Below, piece by piece: positions 51,872-64,000 of a stretch of 64,000 nt of DNA. Source of the DNA: Octopus sinensis (Eukaryota); assembly GCF_006345805.1 (NCBI RefSeq), contig NC_043011.1, forward strand, positions 31,322,464-31,386,463, given 5' to 3'. Every line of letters begins with the position of its first letter. Positions within the stretch are counted from its first letter, which is position 1. The notes beneath the pieces were generated by a model. The model did not search any database. It saw only the letters and a list, made by a program, of their open reading frames with translations, and was not told the DNA's origin. Both the position numbers and the translations under genes were made by a program.

Positions 51872-51917
<46 letters not shown>

Positions 51918-52222
51918 GTATGTATGTATATATATAATGACCCTCCATGTTTGTTTTTGTTTGGTTTCCTTGTATGTCTCCACTATCATTTTTTTGTTCC
52001 AAACTTTGATCCTCCATAAATCCTACATTTTATTTTAGAATTGGTGGGAGCAACTGTCTTTGAAGACTCATATTGTCATTGAATACTTGAAATAAGGAGT
52101 AGATAGACAGCCAACAACTGATGATGCATTTACTTGTCCTGTTTTCCATTTATTTTCTCTTGTTGTTTATGTATTTCATGTTATCTACACCATTGGTGAC
52201 ATCCTACACCCATATATGCATG

Positions 52223-52272
<50 letters not shown>

Positions 52273-52567
52273 TAAATCCCTAAAAATGAAGAACAAACAG
52301 AAGGAAAAACACTACAATGCAAGGATGTGGTTCATGCGAAGTAGTAGCTTAAGCTCAGGGAAGGAAAGAAAGGTAGTTTTACGTTTTGAGCAAAGCTCCC
52401 TCTCTCTATATATAGTATATATATATATATTTATATCAAAATAGTGTTAGAGATAGAAACACCCACAACTTCATCAACACCGAATGGTATTAACTCAACC
52501 AAGCCATAAAATGTTAAATATTATACTTACTATTTATATTCATAATCCCCAAATTTTCCATATTACG

Positions 52568-52663
52568 GACTACACGTGTTTCATGAGGGTACATATGGTA
52601 TTGTCAAGACACAAAGTCTCATTCAAAAATTCATTATGTTTATGCACTCCCAATCGTCAGGTC
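52568..52663 (-). ncRNA. Type I hammerhead motif with long stem II
   Basis: Minus: GAC-CTGACGA-T-TGGGAGTGCATA..(~45 nt)..TATGTACCCTCA-T-GAAA-CACGTG-TA-GTC; palindromic stem III ACACGTGT. Confidence 0.78.
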
Positions 52664-52740
52664 TACTTTTCCCACATTTATAAATATAACTACTCCTTAT
52701 ATATATAAGAAGTAGTTATATTTATTGATATTCCCTAATT

Positions 52741-52804
<64 letters not shown>

Positions 52805-52971
52805 TCATCATCATCATCATTATTGTTTAATGTCCGCTTTCCATGCTAGCATGGGTTGACTTAGGTCTGGCGAAGCAGATGGCTGCACTCGACTCCAATC
52901 TGATCTGGCAGAGTTTCTACAGCTGGATGCCCTTCCTAACGCCAACCACTCTGAGATATATACATATATAC

Positions 52972-53007
<36 letters not shown>

Positions 53008-54018
53008 GGTCGTTATATAATAGGGTTAGATAGGATGATGTCTATATTGCAATAACCAATAATATGTTGTGCATGTACAGTAATATTATGATCATGAAAT
53101 TAGCATTAGTTTATCTCGCTTTTCTCGCGGACTCCCAACAAACCTATTGCAGAACTCTAGGGTTCTGGGGAATCCTGATTGAGAAACGCTGTTCTAGAGG
53201 CATCAGCATCACAGCCAAATGACTTTATCTTTCCTTGGGTTATTTTTACTGGATGTGGCCTTGCATTATCACGTTACAGGGTTAGTCCTTTTCTATTGAC
53301 AAGAACTGATTGTTTTTTTTTTTTAGCAAAGCTTGATTGATATCTTTTATGTTTTTAATTATTTCAGTTGTTAGAGTGTGGCCATGCTGGAGCAATGTCT
53401 TGAAAGGTTTTTAGTTGAATGAGTCAACCCCAGCACTAATCTTATTTTCTTTTAAGCCTGATACTTATTCTGTCAGTCTCTTTTGCTGAGCTGCTAAGTT
53501 ATGGGGATGTAAACACACCAACACCTGTTGTCAAGCAGTGGTGGGGACAAATACAAAGGCACACACATTCACACATATGCATACATGCGCACGCGTGCAT
53601 GCACACACACACACACACGGTGGGTTTCTTTCAGTTTCCATCTGCCAAATCCACTTACAAGGCTTTGGTTGGCCCGAGGCTATAATTGAAGACACTTTCC
53701 CAAGGTGTTATGCAGTGGGACTGAACCTGGATCCATGTGGTTGGCAAGCAAGCGTCTTACTGTACAGCTACACCTATTCAAGTTTAGACAATAAAATTCT
53801 GTGGTAATGCTTTTCCCTTTTCTGTGGTGATGCTCACTAAAATCTTCTCTGGGTGTAGATCTGGTTTGGGTGTTGGAACTGGATTTTCATTTGGCAGTAG
53901 CCATAGCTTCTTGTGTTTATTGTTGGCATAGGCTATCCATTTATCATCCCTTTTCACAATTTGATTAAGTAAAGGTGTTTGTTCATTCCTGGTATATAAC
54001 TTGTCACAAATTGTTGAA

Positions 54019-55500
54019 TCATCATCATCATCATCATCATTTAGCATCCGTTTTCCATGCTAGCATGGGTTGGATGGTTCAACTGGGGTCTGTGAAGCCA
54101 GAAGGCTGCATCAGGCCCAGTCTGATCTGGCAGTGTTTCTACGGCTGGATGCCCTTCCTAATGCCAACCTCTCCATGAGTGTAGTGGGTGCTTTTTACGT
54201 GCCACCGGCACGGGGGCCAGGCGAGGCTGGCAATGGCCACGATCGGATGATGCTTTTTACGTGCCACCAGCACGGGGGCCAGGCGAGGCTGGCAACGGCC
54301 ACGAACGGATGGTGCTTTTTACATGCCACCGGCACGGAGGCCAGTCGGGGCAGCGCTGGCAACAGCCACGATCGGATGGTTCGCTTACTTGTCACCGGCA
54401 CTGGTATCACAGCTGCAATTTCCATTGATGTTGATTGACTTCGATTTTGGTTCTGCTTTCTGATATCTGATTTGATTTGATTTGATTTTGATTTTGATTT
54501 TCACTTGCCTCAACGGGTCTTCACAAGTGGAGTTTTATGTTCCGAGAAGGAAAGGTATGTATAATTGACTGGCTACATACTAGGTAGAGGCCATGGGTTA
54601 TGGTCTCACTAGTCTTGCTGGGTCTTCTCACGCACAGCATACTTCCATAGGTCTCGGTCTCTAGTCATTTCCTTGGTGAGACCTAAAGTTCAAAGGTCGT
54701 GCTTCACCACCTCGTCCCAGGTTTTCCTGGGTCTACCTTTTCCACAGGTTCCCTCAACCGCTAGGGTGTGGCACTTTTGCACTCAACTATCTTCAGCCAT
54801 TCTCGTCACATGACCATACCAGCGCAAACGTCTCTCTTGCACACCACCACTGATGCTTCTTAGGTCCAACTTTTCTCTCAAGGTACTTACACTCTGTTGA
54901 GTATGAACACTGACATTGCACATCCATCGGAGCATACTGGCTTCATTTCTTGCGAGCTTACACATATCCTCAGCAGTCACAGCCCATGTTTCACTACCAT
55001 GTAGCATGGCTGTACGTACACATGCATCATACAGTCTGCTTTTTACTCTGAGCGAGAGGCCTTTTGTCACCAGCAAGGGTAAGAGCTCTCTGAACTTTGC
55101 CCAGGCTATTCTTACTCTAGCAGTTACACTTTCAGCACACCCACTCTCGCTACTGACTTGGTCACCTAGGTAGCGGAAGCTATCAACTACTTCTAGTTTT
55201 TCTCCCTGGAATGTGGTAGAAGTTGGTCTCAGAGCATTTTCAGTGTTTATTGCTCCTGAGCATCTGCCACAAACAAAAACTATTTTCCTAGTTAGCCTTC
55301 CTTTGACATTGCTGCACCTCTTATGTGTCCATAGCTTACACTTGGTGCATCTTATAGAGTTTCTACCTACACCTTTTCTACAGATCGAACAGGGCCATCT
55401 ACCTGAAGGCGTTTGTGATTGGTCTACCTTCCTACTTATTAGGACTTTGGTTTTGGCTAGGTTGATTCTAAGGCCCTTCGATTCTAATCCTTGCTTCCAA
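54019..55500 (-). mobile_element. 5'-truncated RTE-clade LINE with 6-bp TSD
   Basis: WKQGLESKGLRINLAKTKVL, PHD-like CSIC..CTKCKLWTHKRC..CGRC insert, FRYLGD, RRLRWYGHV; TSD GTTGAA at 54013-18 and 55501-06; (GAT)n tail. Confidence 0.92.
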
Positions 55501-56082
55501 GTTGAACACACTTCTTTATTCACATGGGACAGCTCATGTGGTACCCACTTCACTTCTCTATCTCCATCTGCTTTAGATGATCTTACACAGTGGACCAAGG
55601 CTTTTTTAAACCTCTGTGATAAGTCCCAATACTTTGATATAAATTCTCTTCAACTGTTATTTTCATTGTCTCAATATTGAAAAAAGTTGTTTCGCCTGAT
55701 TGATACCCATCCAAAAGATTGAAATCACCATTTTTGAATTTATTAAACCACCTTTGGCATTTCTGAGCACTCACACCTTATGTTTTCCATTGTACATGTT
55801 GCTTTGTTGCTCTCATGAAATTTGTAAAGCTTACAATATGCAGGTCACTAAAGTCTTTTTCTTCTATGATCCACCAGATGAAGCATAATACATACACAGA
55901 CTATGTCTACATTTATGTTTTGGTCATTAATTCTATGCTGATTAGTTAATTGCAAGGACACTTTTTACTGGCTTGTGAGCTATTTGTGGTGTGATGTCAG
56001 AGTCTTTACTTGAAAATATGACATTATAGTACCCCTAATACACACACACACACACACACACACACAAATATATAGATATATA

Positions 56083-56560
56083 TATTTATATTAAGGGCAT
56101 TACTATACATAAATGCCTCATGCTATGAGGGACTCTTAAAGTCAAAGCTACCATAATAAATACAGTGTACCGAACATGAGGAAATACAACTGTCTCGCTT
56201 CGAGAGTTATATTCCCTCATGTTCGGTACACTGTATGACTTTAAGAGCCCCTCATAGCATGAGGCATTTATGTATAGTAATGCCCTTAATATAAATAACT
56301 ATATTTAAAGGGAATAATTAAAAATGTTTTCCCTTATGAGGTTTTTCATGCTGACTACTTGATAAATTCTTATGAAGATTTTTATCCTATTTTTAAATAT
56401 ATATACATACATACATACATACATATATATATATATAATTTTAATTTGTCCACATTGAAATTTATAACGATGTTTTTACACTTTTACCATTGATAAACAA
56501 AAAATATTGTTGAAACTAGTTTGGTACATATGTAAATAAAATGTATTTTAAACATTCATG
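56083..56560 (+). mobile_element. Asymmetric fold-back element (hairpin 56083-56297) with degenerate hammerhead at 56485-56526
   Basis: Long near-perfect inverted repeat; downstream TACCA-TTGATAA-ACAA..TTGT-T-GAAA-CTAG-TT-TGGTA. Confidence 0.7.
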
Positions 56561-56601
56561 AGTTTTTGAAATTTAAGTGCATTTTCAGCAACACATTTTC
56601 C

Positions 56602-56709
<108 letters not shown>

Positions 56710-56826
56710 GTATGTATTAGCCTGCTTGCTTAGCCAGTGGAGTGGCATCATTTGAGGCTAAAATAATGCAAAGCGCATTGTGACCAGTGATGTGTAGCAA
56801 CATCTGATAGCCTGGTCGATCACGGT

Positions 56827-56876
<50 letters not shown>

Positions 56877-57047
56877 GTACTATGTTTCCATGTATGTGTA
56901 CATTCCATATAATATATCTATATGTGTATATATATATATGTGTGTGTGTGTGTATAGTTCATAGATTATAAGATATTCTCTATATAGAATACACTTAATA
57001 GTGCTTCAGAGAATTAAACTTGAGTGGGTGTAAATGTAAAGATAAAC

Positions 57048-57141
57048 AAGTTAGACAGATCAATATATAAAGTTTTATTCTATTAATACAGGTATCTCAT
57101 GTATTAATATAGTAAAACTTTATATATTCATCTGTCTAACT
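57048..57141. repeat. Hairpin with ~42-bp arms
   Basis: agttagacagatcaatatataaagttttattctattaataca / tgtattaatatagtaaaactttatatattcatctgtctaact. Confidence 0.8.
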
Positions 57142-57294
57142 AGCTCATTCCTACATTTATATACGTGTGTGTGTGTGTGTGTTTATACACACACATAGAC
57201 ATCTCCAAAGTAAATAGACACCCTTATATATATTGACTATATATATATATAATATATATAATATATATATATATACATATTATATATATACATA

Positions 57295-57331
<37 letters not shown>

Positions 57332-57507
57332 ATATATACATATATATATACATATATATATACATATATATTATACATATATATACATATATATATGTTA
57401 AAGGCAACGCGTCTATTTACTTTTGAGTTGTTTGTGTATATGCATTGTATATATCTATGTGTATGTGTGTATTTGTATGTATATGTGCATGTGTATACAA
57501 ATACATA

Positions 57508-57626
<119 letters not shown>

Positions 57627-58507
57627 CGAGAACACAACAATAAATCAACTCCCCAACCTCGGAGATAAATATGTATGCATATCGTCGATTTTGGTGAGAG
57701 GGAATGAAAATATTTGTACAGTGAGCGACTGGTTGAACTTACACACAATCATGGCTGAACGAACTAACAGAAGAAACAAAGGCCAACTAAATGAGGGGAG
57801 TTAACTCTGGCTGGGTTGAAAAATTCCACTGCAGAAAGAAAATAGAATGCGGACATACATGTTTGTGTGTGTGAATGTCTGTATATAGATAGGATATATA
57901 TATAATATATATATAATATATATATATATAATATATATATATTATAATGTATATATATATAATATATATATATATATCTATAATATATATATATACATAA
58001 CATATATATATATGTTATAAGGGATTTGAAAATTATATCCAGTCGTCATCATCATCATCATCATCGTTTAGCATCAGTTTTCCGTGCTAGCACGGGTTGG
58101 ACGGTTCGACCGGGGTCAGGGAACCCAGGAGACTGCACCAGGCTCAGTCTGATCTGGCAGTGTTTCTACAGTTTGATGCTCTTCCTAGTGCCAACCACTC
58201 CGTGAGTGTAGTGGGTGCTTTTTACCTGCCACCGGCACAGAAGCCAGTGAAGGCGGCGCTGGCATTGGCTATGTTTGGATGGTGCTTTTTATGTGCCACC
58301 AGCACAGGTATCACAACTACAATTTCCATTTGATATTTATTTTTATGCTGATTTACTTGACTCAATAGGTCTTGATGTACTTGATTCAATGTTAATAATA
58401 TTGATATTATAAGAAAGTCATACTCACCAGGAATTAAACTCTGAATTAAAAACACTATGCAGAAACAACACTATACAGGTAAAATAATTGTCCATAAAGT
58501 TGTTTAC

Positions 58508-58609
58508 CTGAGCCCCACTATCCAAAAGTAGTTTAGCTACTTCGACATGACCTTCCATCGAAGCTTCCATCAGAGCTGTATGCATTTCATCTATTTTATG
58601 TTCTTGATC
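58508..58609 (-). pseudogene. ANKHD1: Orphan ANKHD1/ANKRD17 (Mask) ankyrin-repeat exon fragment
   Basis: Translates DQEHKIDEMHTALMEASMEGHVEVAKLLLDSGAQ, near-identical to the Mask/ANKHD1 repeat; ends in CAG|GTAAAC donor; 5' side abuts (TG)n with no acceptor; no other ANKHD1 exons seen. Confidence 0.8.
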
Positions 58610-58852
58610 ACACACACACATACATACATATATATGTATATATATATATATCTTTTATCTTCTACTTCTTTCAGCGTTTCAACAGCGGCAATCATGGGGC
58701 CCTGCCCTGAAATCTCCTGTTGACAAAACTGACTCAGTAGTTATGTATTCTAGCCCTGGTACTTATTCTATTGGTCTCTTTTATGCTAAACTGCTAACCT
58801 ACAGAGCCATAAACAAACCAGCACTGCTTGTGGTGGGTGGACGGGTGGGGAA

Positions 58853-58891
<39 letters not shown>

Positions 58892-59226
58892 CACACATAT
58901 GCACATATACAATGGGCTTCAGTTTCTGTCCACTAAATCAGTCTGGGGCCCAGGGCTATGGTAAAAGACAGTTGCTCACAGTAGGACTGAACCAGCCACA
59001 GCACTGTAAATGTCTTACTATGCAGCTACGCCCTTGCCTAAGGAATTAAAATGCAGAGTGTGATCTTGGCAAGATTTGGACTTAGTGTGCAGACAACCAG
59101 AAGAAGCTAGTAAGGTTGTCCATCTGCTGTGCTAAGAACTTGGTCAACACTATGCAGCTATTTATAGATATAATTATGATATATATGTGCATGTGTGTGT
59201 ATGCATGTGTGTGTATGTGTGTATAC

Positions 59227-59277
<51 letters not shown>

Positions 59278-59280
<3 letters not shown>

Positions 59281-59672
59281 TCTTTTACTCGTTTCAGTCA
59301 TTTGACTGTGCCCATGCTGGAGCACCGCCTTTAGTCGAGCAAATCGACCCCAGGACTTATTCTTTGTAAGCCTAGTACTTATTCTATCAGTCTCTTTTAC
59401 CGAACTGCTAAGTTCCGGGAATGTAAACACACCAGCATCGGTTGTCAAGCGATGTTGGGGGTACAAACACAGACACACAAATACACACACACACACACAC
59501 ACACATATATGTGACGGGCTTCTTTCAGTTTCCGTCTACCAAATCCACTCACAAGGCTTTGGTCAGCCCGAGGCTATAGTAGAAGACACTTGCCCAAGGT
59601 GCCACGCAGTGGGGCTGAACCCGGAACCATGTGGTTGGTAAGCAAGCTACTTAGCACACAGCCACTCCTGCG

Positions 59673-59676
<4 letters not shown>
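59278..59676 (-). mobile_element. SINE family A, full length, in (TA)n
   Basis: Close to family consensus at both ends. Confidence 0.88.
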
Positions 59677-59711
<35 letters not shown>

Positions 59712-61439
59712 AGACAAAGATATAATTATAAAATGATTATATCAGTGGCCTAGCACTTAAAAATGACTCTATAGATAACATTAATTTTTTTATGTATATA
59801 ATTATAGTTAAGGCCTACTGGAGATGACCATCGCCAATGCTAGAAATAGGTGTCAAATATCTACAATCCACTCCACAGGTATAAATGTGAGGGAATGAGG
59901 AAGAAAATACAAAAAATATTGGATAATTCTATACCTCGAGATTTCACATATATACACACATATATATATCTCTGTCTGTCTGTATGTATGTATGTATGTA
60001 TGTATGTATGTATGTATGTATAAATGTATGTGTGTAGGTGCGTGTGTATGTTACTGTCTCCTTGTCTTGGGCATCACACAGTAGTTGTAAAAGAGTGTCA
60101 CTGTTATGCAAGCAGTGCCTCTTGTTTCAATATCCTGCAAAAATATGCAAGCAAGAAAAAGTAGAAACATATATTAAAAAAGATATATATCGATGGTAAG
60201 TCGAAAATTATATGCACTTTTGTCTCTGCAAATTGTTTTCTTTTCTACTTTAGGCACAAGACCCAAAATTTCGGGGGAGAGGGGGGTCCTGTTGATCAGA
60301 TTGACTCCAGTACACAACTGGTACTTAATTTATTGACCCCAAATGGATGAAAGGCAAAGTCAACCTTAGTGGAATTTGAACTCAGAATGTAATGACAGAC
60401 GAAATACCGCTAAGCATTTTGCCCGGCATGCTAACGTTTCTGCCAGCTCACCGCCTTTAATAATAATCTTTTCTACTCTAGGCACAAGGCTCGAAATTTT
60501 TGGGAAGGGAGCCACTCAATTAGATCGAACCCAGTACACAACTGGTACTTAATTCTATCAACTCTGAAAGGATGAAAGGCAAAGTCGACCTCTGTAGAAT
60601 TTAAACTCAGAACATAAAGACAGACGACATACCGCTAAGCATTTTGCCCGGCATGCTAACGTTTCTGCCAGTTCACTGTCTTTCTGCAAATTATTAAAGC
60701 AGAAGCAGTAGTTAAACAATTAGATCAAATGTCAAAGAAAAATAGGCTTTGGTATGGAATTTAGAAGATTGCTGGTCAGATTATCTAAAATAAATGATAA
60801 AGGCCTTTCATCATCATCATCATCATCGTTTAACGTCCGTTCTCCATGCTAGCATGGGTTGGACAGTTCGACCGGGGATCTGGGAAGCCAGAAGGCTGCA
60901 CCAGGCTCCAGTCTGATCTGGCAATGTTTCTACAGCTGGATGCCCTTCCTAACGCCAACCACTCCGTGAGTGTAGTGGGTGCTTTTCACATGACACTGGC
61001 ACTGGTGCCAGGCGAGGCTGGCATCGGCCACGGTTGGATTGGTGCATTTTATGGAAGCCAGTCAAGGCGGCACTGGATGGTGCTTTTTACGTGCCACCGA
61101 CACGGAAGCCAGTCGAGGCGGCGCTGGCATCGGCCACAATTCAAATGGTGCATTTTATGGAAGCCAGTCGAGGCAACACTGGCTTCGGCTACGATTCGGA
61201 TGCTGCTTTTTACGTGCCACCGACACAGAAGCCAGTCAAGGCGGCGCTGGCATTGGCCACAATTCGGATAGTGCTTTTTACGTACCTCCAGTCCCAGGGC
61301 CCTGGCATCTGCCAGGTGCTAGTCATAGGATTGGTTCAATTTCGATTTTGATTTCACTTGCCCCAACAGGTCTTCGCAAGCAAGGGGGGTTGCCATAGGT
61401 GCCTGTCGTCGGATGAGGTTCGATATCGACTTCGCTTGC

Positions 61440-61477
<38 letters not shown>

Positions 61478-61485
61478 TAATAATG

Positions 61486-61521
<36 letters not shown>

Positions 61522-62159
61522 TTAGGGAATATTATTCCAAACTTACAGGGAAAAATTCAATTTAGAAATATTAGATCAAATTTCACAAAATATAATATAT
61601 ATATATATATATATAAATTAGGAAAAAACCACCTTTTATCAATTCAATAATGAAAAATTAAATTATACCATTTAGAAAAATTACATATTATAGAAAGATT
61701 AAATATAAGATAAAACATATAATGATAATTAAGTAATGTGCAAAATATATATATATATATATGTATGCATGTATGCATGATCATCATCATTATCACCATC
61801 ATTATTTAACATCTATCTTTCCATGCTTGCATGAATCAGACAGAATTCGTTGACACAGATTGTCTGTAGCTGGATGGTTATACTGACACCAACCCTCACC
61901 TATTTCCAAGACAGGTAATATTTCCCCATAGCTAAACATAATTTTCACAGAAGACTTGAAGCAAGCAATCTCACTTGTATGATGATGGTTCTTGTTTGCA
62001 ACCATCACATGATATCTAAACAAGAGTATACACATACACTTGTGCGCATACACACACACACATTCTTACATGTGTAAAACATGTCATACAAACAGACAGA
62101 TGTGTGTGTGTGTAAAAAATTATTCTGCATTGACTTGTAGCCTGTACTTAAACAACAAG

Positions 62160-62572
62160 GCATAGGAGTGGGTGTGTGGTAACTTGCTTGCTTACCAACC
62201 ACATGGTTCCGGGTTCAGTCCCACTGTGTGGCACCTTGGGCAAGTGTCTTCTACTATAGCCTCAGGCTAACCAAAGCCTTGTGAGTGGATTTGGTAGACG
62301 GAAACTGAAAGAAGCGCATCATATATATGTGTGTGTATATATGTGTGTGTGTGTGTGAGTGTATGTTTGTGTGTCTGTGGTTTGGCCCCCCCCAACATCG
62401 CTTGACAACCGAAGCTGTTGTGTTTACATCCCCGTAACTTAGCGGTTCGACCAAAGAGACCGATAGAATAAGTACTAGGCTTACAAAGAATAAGTCCTAG
62501 GGTCGATTTGCTCGACTAAAGGCGGTGCTCAAACATAGCCACAGTCAAATGACTGAAACAAGTAAAAGAGTA
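62160..62572 (+). mobile_element. SINE family A, full length
   Basis: Head and tail as for family A. Confidence 0.88.
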
Positions 62573-63022
62573 ACAAGGTCAAATAAGGGATATTAAAGGG
62601 ATATTAAAAAACATACAAGTTACATTTTTGATTAATTGAAATTATCTCGATTTTCAGAGAAGGTAGACCTATTTTTTTATGGTAATTGGGAACAACTCCA
62701 AATGAGAAGGAAAGATAATCTCAAGAATCAAAAACTCTCTAACACTGACATGCCATTAAGACAAGACAGTTTTTGATTGGTTGGACACAAGATTAGAGCT
62801 GAGGGCATATAGATATCATCAGAACATTCATTTTACTTATCTCTAACAGATAGCATAGTTAAACATTTACAAAATAGTGTAGATCATATTGATAGCCTAG
62901 GGCTGGGGGATATACATGCATGGGCAACTGCTAGTCATCCGCAAAAACCCCTTTCTTAGATTAGTGCCTTGGAGAAGACATCTCCAGTGGAAGAAACTTA
63001 TGGTCAGTCATACCCAAAGAGG

Positions 63023-63081
<59 letters not shown>

Positions 63082-64000
63082 AAATTTACCGTAAATGGTC
63101 CTTTTACATACTGAACACTGCTTGGTAAAATTATTAATTACTAATTAATTAATTAATTTTACCCTTATTATTATGCAGGTGGCACGTAAAAAGCACCCAC
63201 TACACTCACGGAGTGGTTGGCGTTAGGAAGAGCATCCAGCTGTAGAAACATTGCCAGATAAGACCGGAGCCTGGGGCAGCCTTCTGGCTTCCCAGATTCC
63301 CGGTCGAACCGTCCAACCCATGCTAGCATGGAGAACGGACGTTAAATGATGATGATGATGATGATATATATATATATATGCTTCAAATATCAGGATAAAA
63401 TTTTTTGAAAAAGCTTTTTTAATATAGATGTACACACACACACACATAAAACATGGTACTGGCTAGATTATTGGATGTTGTTGTATATCACTGTTCACAA
63501 TGTACTTTGCATCATTTTAGCTTTCAACTGATGCCACCTTGTTGGCTAGGTGAGCAGGCCAACATTCCCTCCAGCTTGGAAGGCTATTGTGTCACAGGTT
63601 TATCCATTTACTGCTGACTGTACTGGAACAATGTAAAGTGAAGTGTTTTTCTGAAGAACACAGCACACTTCCTGGTCTGGGAATTGAACTCATGATCTAG
63701 TGATTGTGAGTGTAACATGCTAACCACTAGTCTATGCACCTTCGTACAAATATACATGCATTCATTCATAGATAGATAGATAGATAGATAGATACATACA
63801 TACATACATACATACATACATTCTTTTATTCTTTTACTTGTTTCAGTCATTTGACTGCGGCCATGCTGGAGCACCACCTTTAGTCAAGCAAATCGACCCC
63901 AGGACTTATTCTTTATAAACCTAGTACTTATTCTATTGGTCTCTTTTGCTGGACCGCTAAGTTATGGGGACGTAAAAGCACCAGCATCGGTTGTCAAGCA

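Larger units (their letters stand above)
51246..53191. mobile_element. hAT/Charlie-like MITE carrying nested inserts
   Basis: TIR CAGTGTTTCTCAA / TTGAGAAACGCTG; 8-bp TSD TTCTAGAG at 51238-45 and 53192-99 (Charlie-type NTCTAGAN). Confidence 0.9.
51075..55880 (-). mobile_element. Old mariner split by nested insertions
   Basis: Collinear minus-strand pieces: CQRWFNKFKNGDFNL (55720-55770), KWVPHELS (55525-55550), DDKWIAY..PKPDLHPEKI (53835-53950), DNARPH (53250-53270), HPPYSLDLVSSD (51200-51235). Confidence 0.8.

Noticed and set aside
54783-55598. Longest ORF (271 aa) as a host gene
   Set aside because: Chance in-frame fusion of mariner and 5'-truncated RTE across the TSD.
60975-61290. Regularly spaced repeats resembling a CRISPR array
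   Set aside because: Spacers are themselves homologous; eukaryotic LINE-tail minisatellite, no cas genes.

Overview
AT-rich, microsatellite- and transposon-dense eukaryotic DNA. The SINE repertoire points to a cephalopod (Octopus-like) genome; this is an inference. The backbone is a + strand gene with long introns: nine well-supported GT-AG exons (5669-43958) plus two candidates (1175-1215, 47163-47224) splice in phase into a MYCBP-associated protein (MYCBPAP) homolog. Neither end of the gene was identified in the window. The introns hold at least three tRNA-derived SINE families, remnants of RTE, CR1-like, R4/Dong-like, Penelope and Gypsy retroelements, mariner relics, and hAT, piggyBac-like, Merlin-like and Helitron/Helentron-like non-autonomous elements. 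An orphan ANKHD1/Mask ankyrin exon lies on the - strand. The most striking signal is a diverse set of short non-coding elements carrying type I hammerhead-ribozyme motifs: about 7 sequence families, including degenerate ones. Most sit in (TA)n or other microsatellites, and several are fold-back inverted pairs that place a ribozyme on each strand. One has a tRNA-like head, one has a shared CUGUNGA core variant, and five are stacked inside one hAT MITE. All folding and similarity calls were made by eye; no ribozyme activity is demonstrated.
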